Shown one piece after another: positions 63,140 through 64,000 of a DNA stretch of 64,000 bases; position 1 is the stretch's first letter, and each line of letters opens with the position of its first letter. The position numbers and the translations under genes were made by a program. The DNA comes from an uncultured Clostridia bacterium (GTDB lineage Bacteria; Bacillota; Clostridia; Christensenellales; DTU072). A model generated the notes under the pieces. That model had not been told where the DNA came from and searched no databases. It worked only from the letters and a program-made list of their open reading frames with translations. The stretch spans positions 52,550 through 116,549 of the forward strand of contig CALVTP010000002.1 in assembly GCA_944362765.1 (NCBI GenBank), written 5' to 3'.

Positions 63140-63168
63140 TTGACATTAATAATCCGGTAATGTATTAT
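63140..63168 (+). promoter_or_regulatory. Promoter of the XRE-cupin regulator gene
   Basis: TTGACA (63140-63145), 17-bp spacer ending in TG, TATTAT (63163-63168). RBS GAGAGGAGAAG lies before the ATG at 63203. Confidence 0.55.
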
Positions 63169-63202
63169 AAGCATACTTTAAAAATTATTCCGAGAGGAGA
63201 AG

Positions 63203-63736
63203 ATGGATATCGGAGGTAAAATCAAATCGATACGCCTCAGGAGAGGGTTGACGCAGGAAGAGCTGGCGCTCAGGACGGAGCTGACGAAGGGATATATTTC
63301 GCAGCTCGAAAACGACGTCGCAAGCCCTTCTATCGCCACGCTTATCGACATATTGAACGTATTGGGCGTGACGTTGCAGGCGTTCTTTGCCGAGGACAAG
63401 GACGAACAGTATGTGTTCGGAAAGAGCGACTTTTTCGTTTCTCCTCACGGCACGGGCGAAGCGACCTGGCTGATCCCGAATTCCCAAAAAAACGAAATGG
63501 AGCCGATACTTTTATACCTTCCCGAAGGCGCGGAATCGGAGATACGTATGCCTTTCGAAGGCGAGGAGTTCGGATACGTATTGGAAGGGAAGCTGACGCT
63601 GATCGCGGACGATAAAAGCCACACACTGAAAAAGGGCGAGGCTTTTTACATAGACGGCGCGCACGAACACAAGCTGGTGAACAATTTCGGGCGCGACGCA
63701 AAGATAATCTGGGTAACCACCCCAAGTAATTTTTAG
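63203..63736 (+). CDS. XRE-family HTH transcriptional regulator with a C-terminal cupin domain (PuuR-like)
   Basis: 177 aa. HTH_3: IGGKIKSIRLRRGLTQEELALRTELTKGYISQLENDVASPSIATLIDILNVLGV. Cupin: GEEFGYVLEGKLTL..D.....LKKGEAFYIDGAHEHKLVN. Confidence 0.85.
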   Translation: MDIGGKIKSIRLRRGLTQEELALRTELTKGYISQLENDVASPSIATLIDILNVLGVTLQAFFAEDKDEQYVFGKSDFFVSPHGTGEATWLIPNSQKNEMEPILLYLPEGAESEIRMPFEGEEFGYVLEGKLTLIADDKSHTLKKGEAFYIDGAHEHKLVNNFGRDAKIIWVTTPSNF

Positions 63737-63745
63737 AGGTTTGTC

Positions 63746-64000
63746 GTGGCAAAGAAAAAATCGGGCAAGAACATCATCATCAGTCTTAGAAACGTCAGCA
63801 AAGTTTACGACGGGAAACCCGCCGTCAACAACGTCTCCATGTCGATAAAGAGGGGCGAGTTCGTGACGTTTTTAGGACCTTCCGGCTGCGGCAAGACGAC
63901 TACGCTGAGAATGATAGCGGGCTTCGAAAAACCGACCTCGGGGAAAATATACTTCAACGGCGAAGATATCACCGACACCCCGCCGCATTTAAGACCCGTC
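63746..64000 (+). CDS. potA: ABC transporter ATP-binding protein, PotA-like (spermidine/putrescine type), 3'-truncated by the window end
   Basis: GTG start with AGAGG 6 nt upstream. [59 protein letters not shown] contains the Walker A motif. An XRE-cupin regulator upstream is a common pot-operon arrangement. The potA subfamily call is tentative. Confidence 0.7.
   Translation, partial: MAKKKSGKNIIISLRNVSKVYDGKPAVNNVSMSIKRGEFVTFLGPSGCGKTTTLRMIAGFEKPTSGKIYFNGEDITDTPPHLRPV

Overview
This is a 64-kb chromosomal window, probably from a sporulating Clostridia-class Firmicute. The evidence for that is the rpmH-rnpA-yidD-yidC-jag-mnmE-mnmG cluster, the tilS-hpt pair, and a CwlD-type amidase. Coding DNA is moderately GC-rich, and every gene I call except cwlD is on the + strand.

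Two giant acidic surface-protein genes dominate the window.
- The first is a 5'-truncated ORF of at least 3,742 aa that runs from the window start to 11248.
- The second is an intact ~29-kb ORF (34039-62940) encoding a ~9,633-aa predicted lipoprotein. It has its own promoter and terminator.

Between the two lies about 20 kb of housekeeping and carbohydrate-type genes:
- ribosomal protein L34, the RNase P protein, YidD/YidC, Jag, MnmE and MnmG;
- a small lipoprotein, a PflX-like radical SAM enzyme, CwlD, TilS, Hpt, a CCA-adding enzyme and VanW;
- a GPH-family symporter;
- an operon of a Big_2/transglutaminase-core lipoprotein, a mutarotase-like protein and a ROK-like kinase.

A 2.5-kb AT-richer non-coding tract (31459-34038) lies directly upstream of the 9.6k-aa gene. 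It has no convincing ORF but a lot of structure:
- three families of direct repeats, including a duplicated 120-bp element that carries a long bidirectional terminator hairpin;
- an orphan near-consensus promoter followed by three stable hairpins;
- a helically phased 50-bp x ~6 tandem array followed by a 24-26-bp x 4 array;
- a purine-rich tract.

The window ends with an XRE-cupin regulator and the 5' end of a potA-like ABC ATPase.

The most interesting candidates are:
- the giant lipoprotein and its unclassified N-terminal modules (recurring LYxDLS strands and SNAEG linkers);
- the structured non-coding region in front of it;
- a three-box DnaA cluster between cwlD and tilS;
- two apparently leaderless genes sharing a TGGTATAAT-N6-ATGGAG arrangement.

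I saw no tRNA, rRNA, CRISPR array, transposase or integrase. All domain names are motif recognition by eye. No database search was run.
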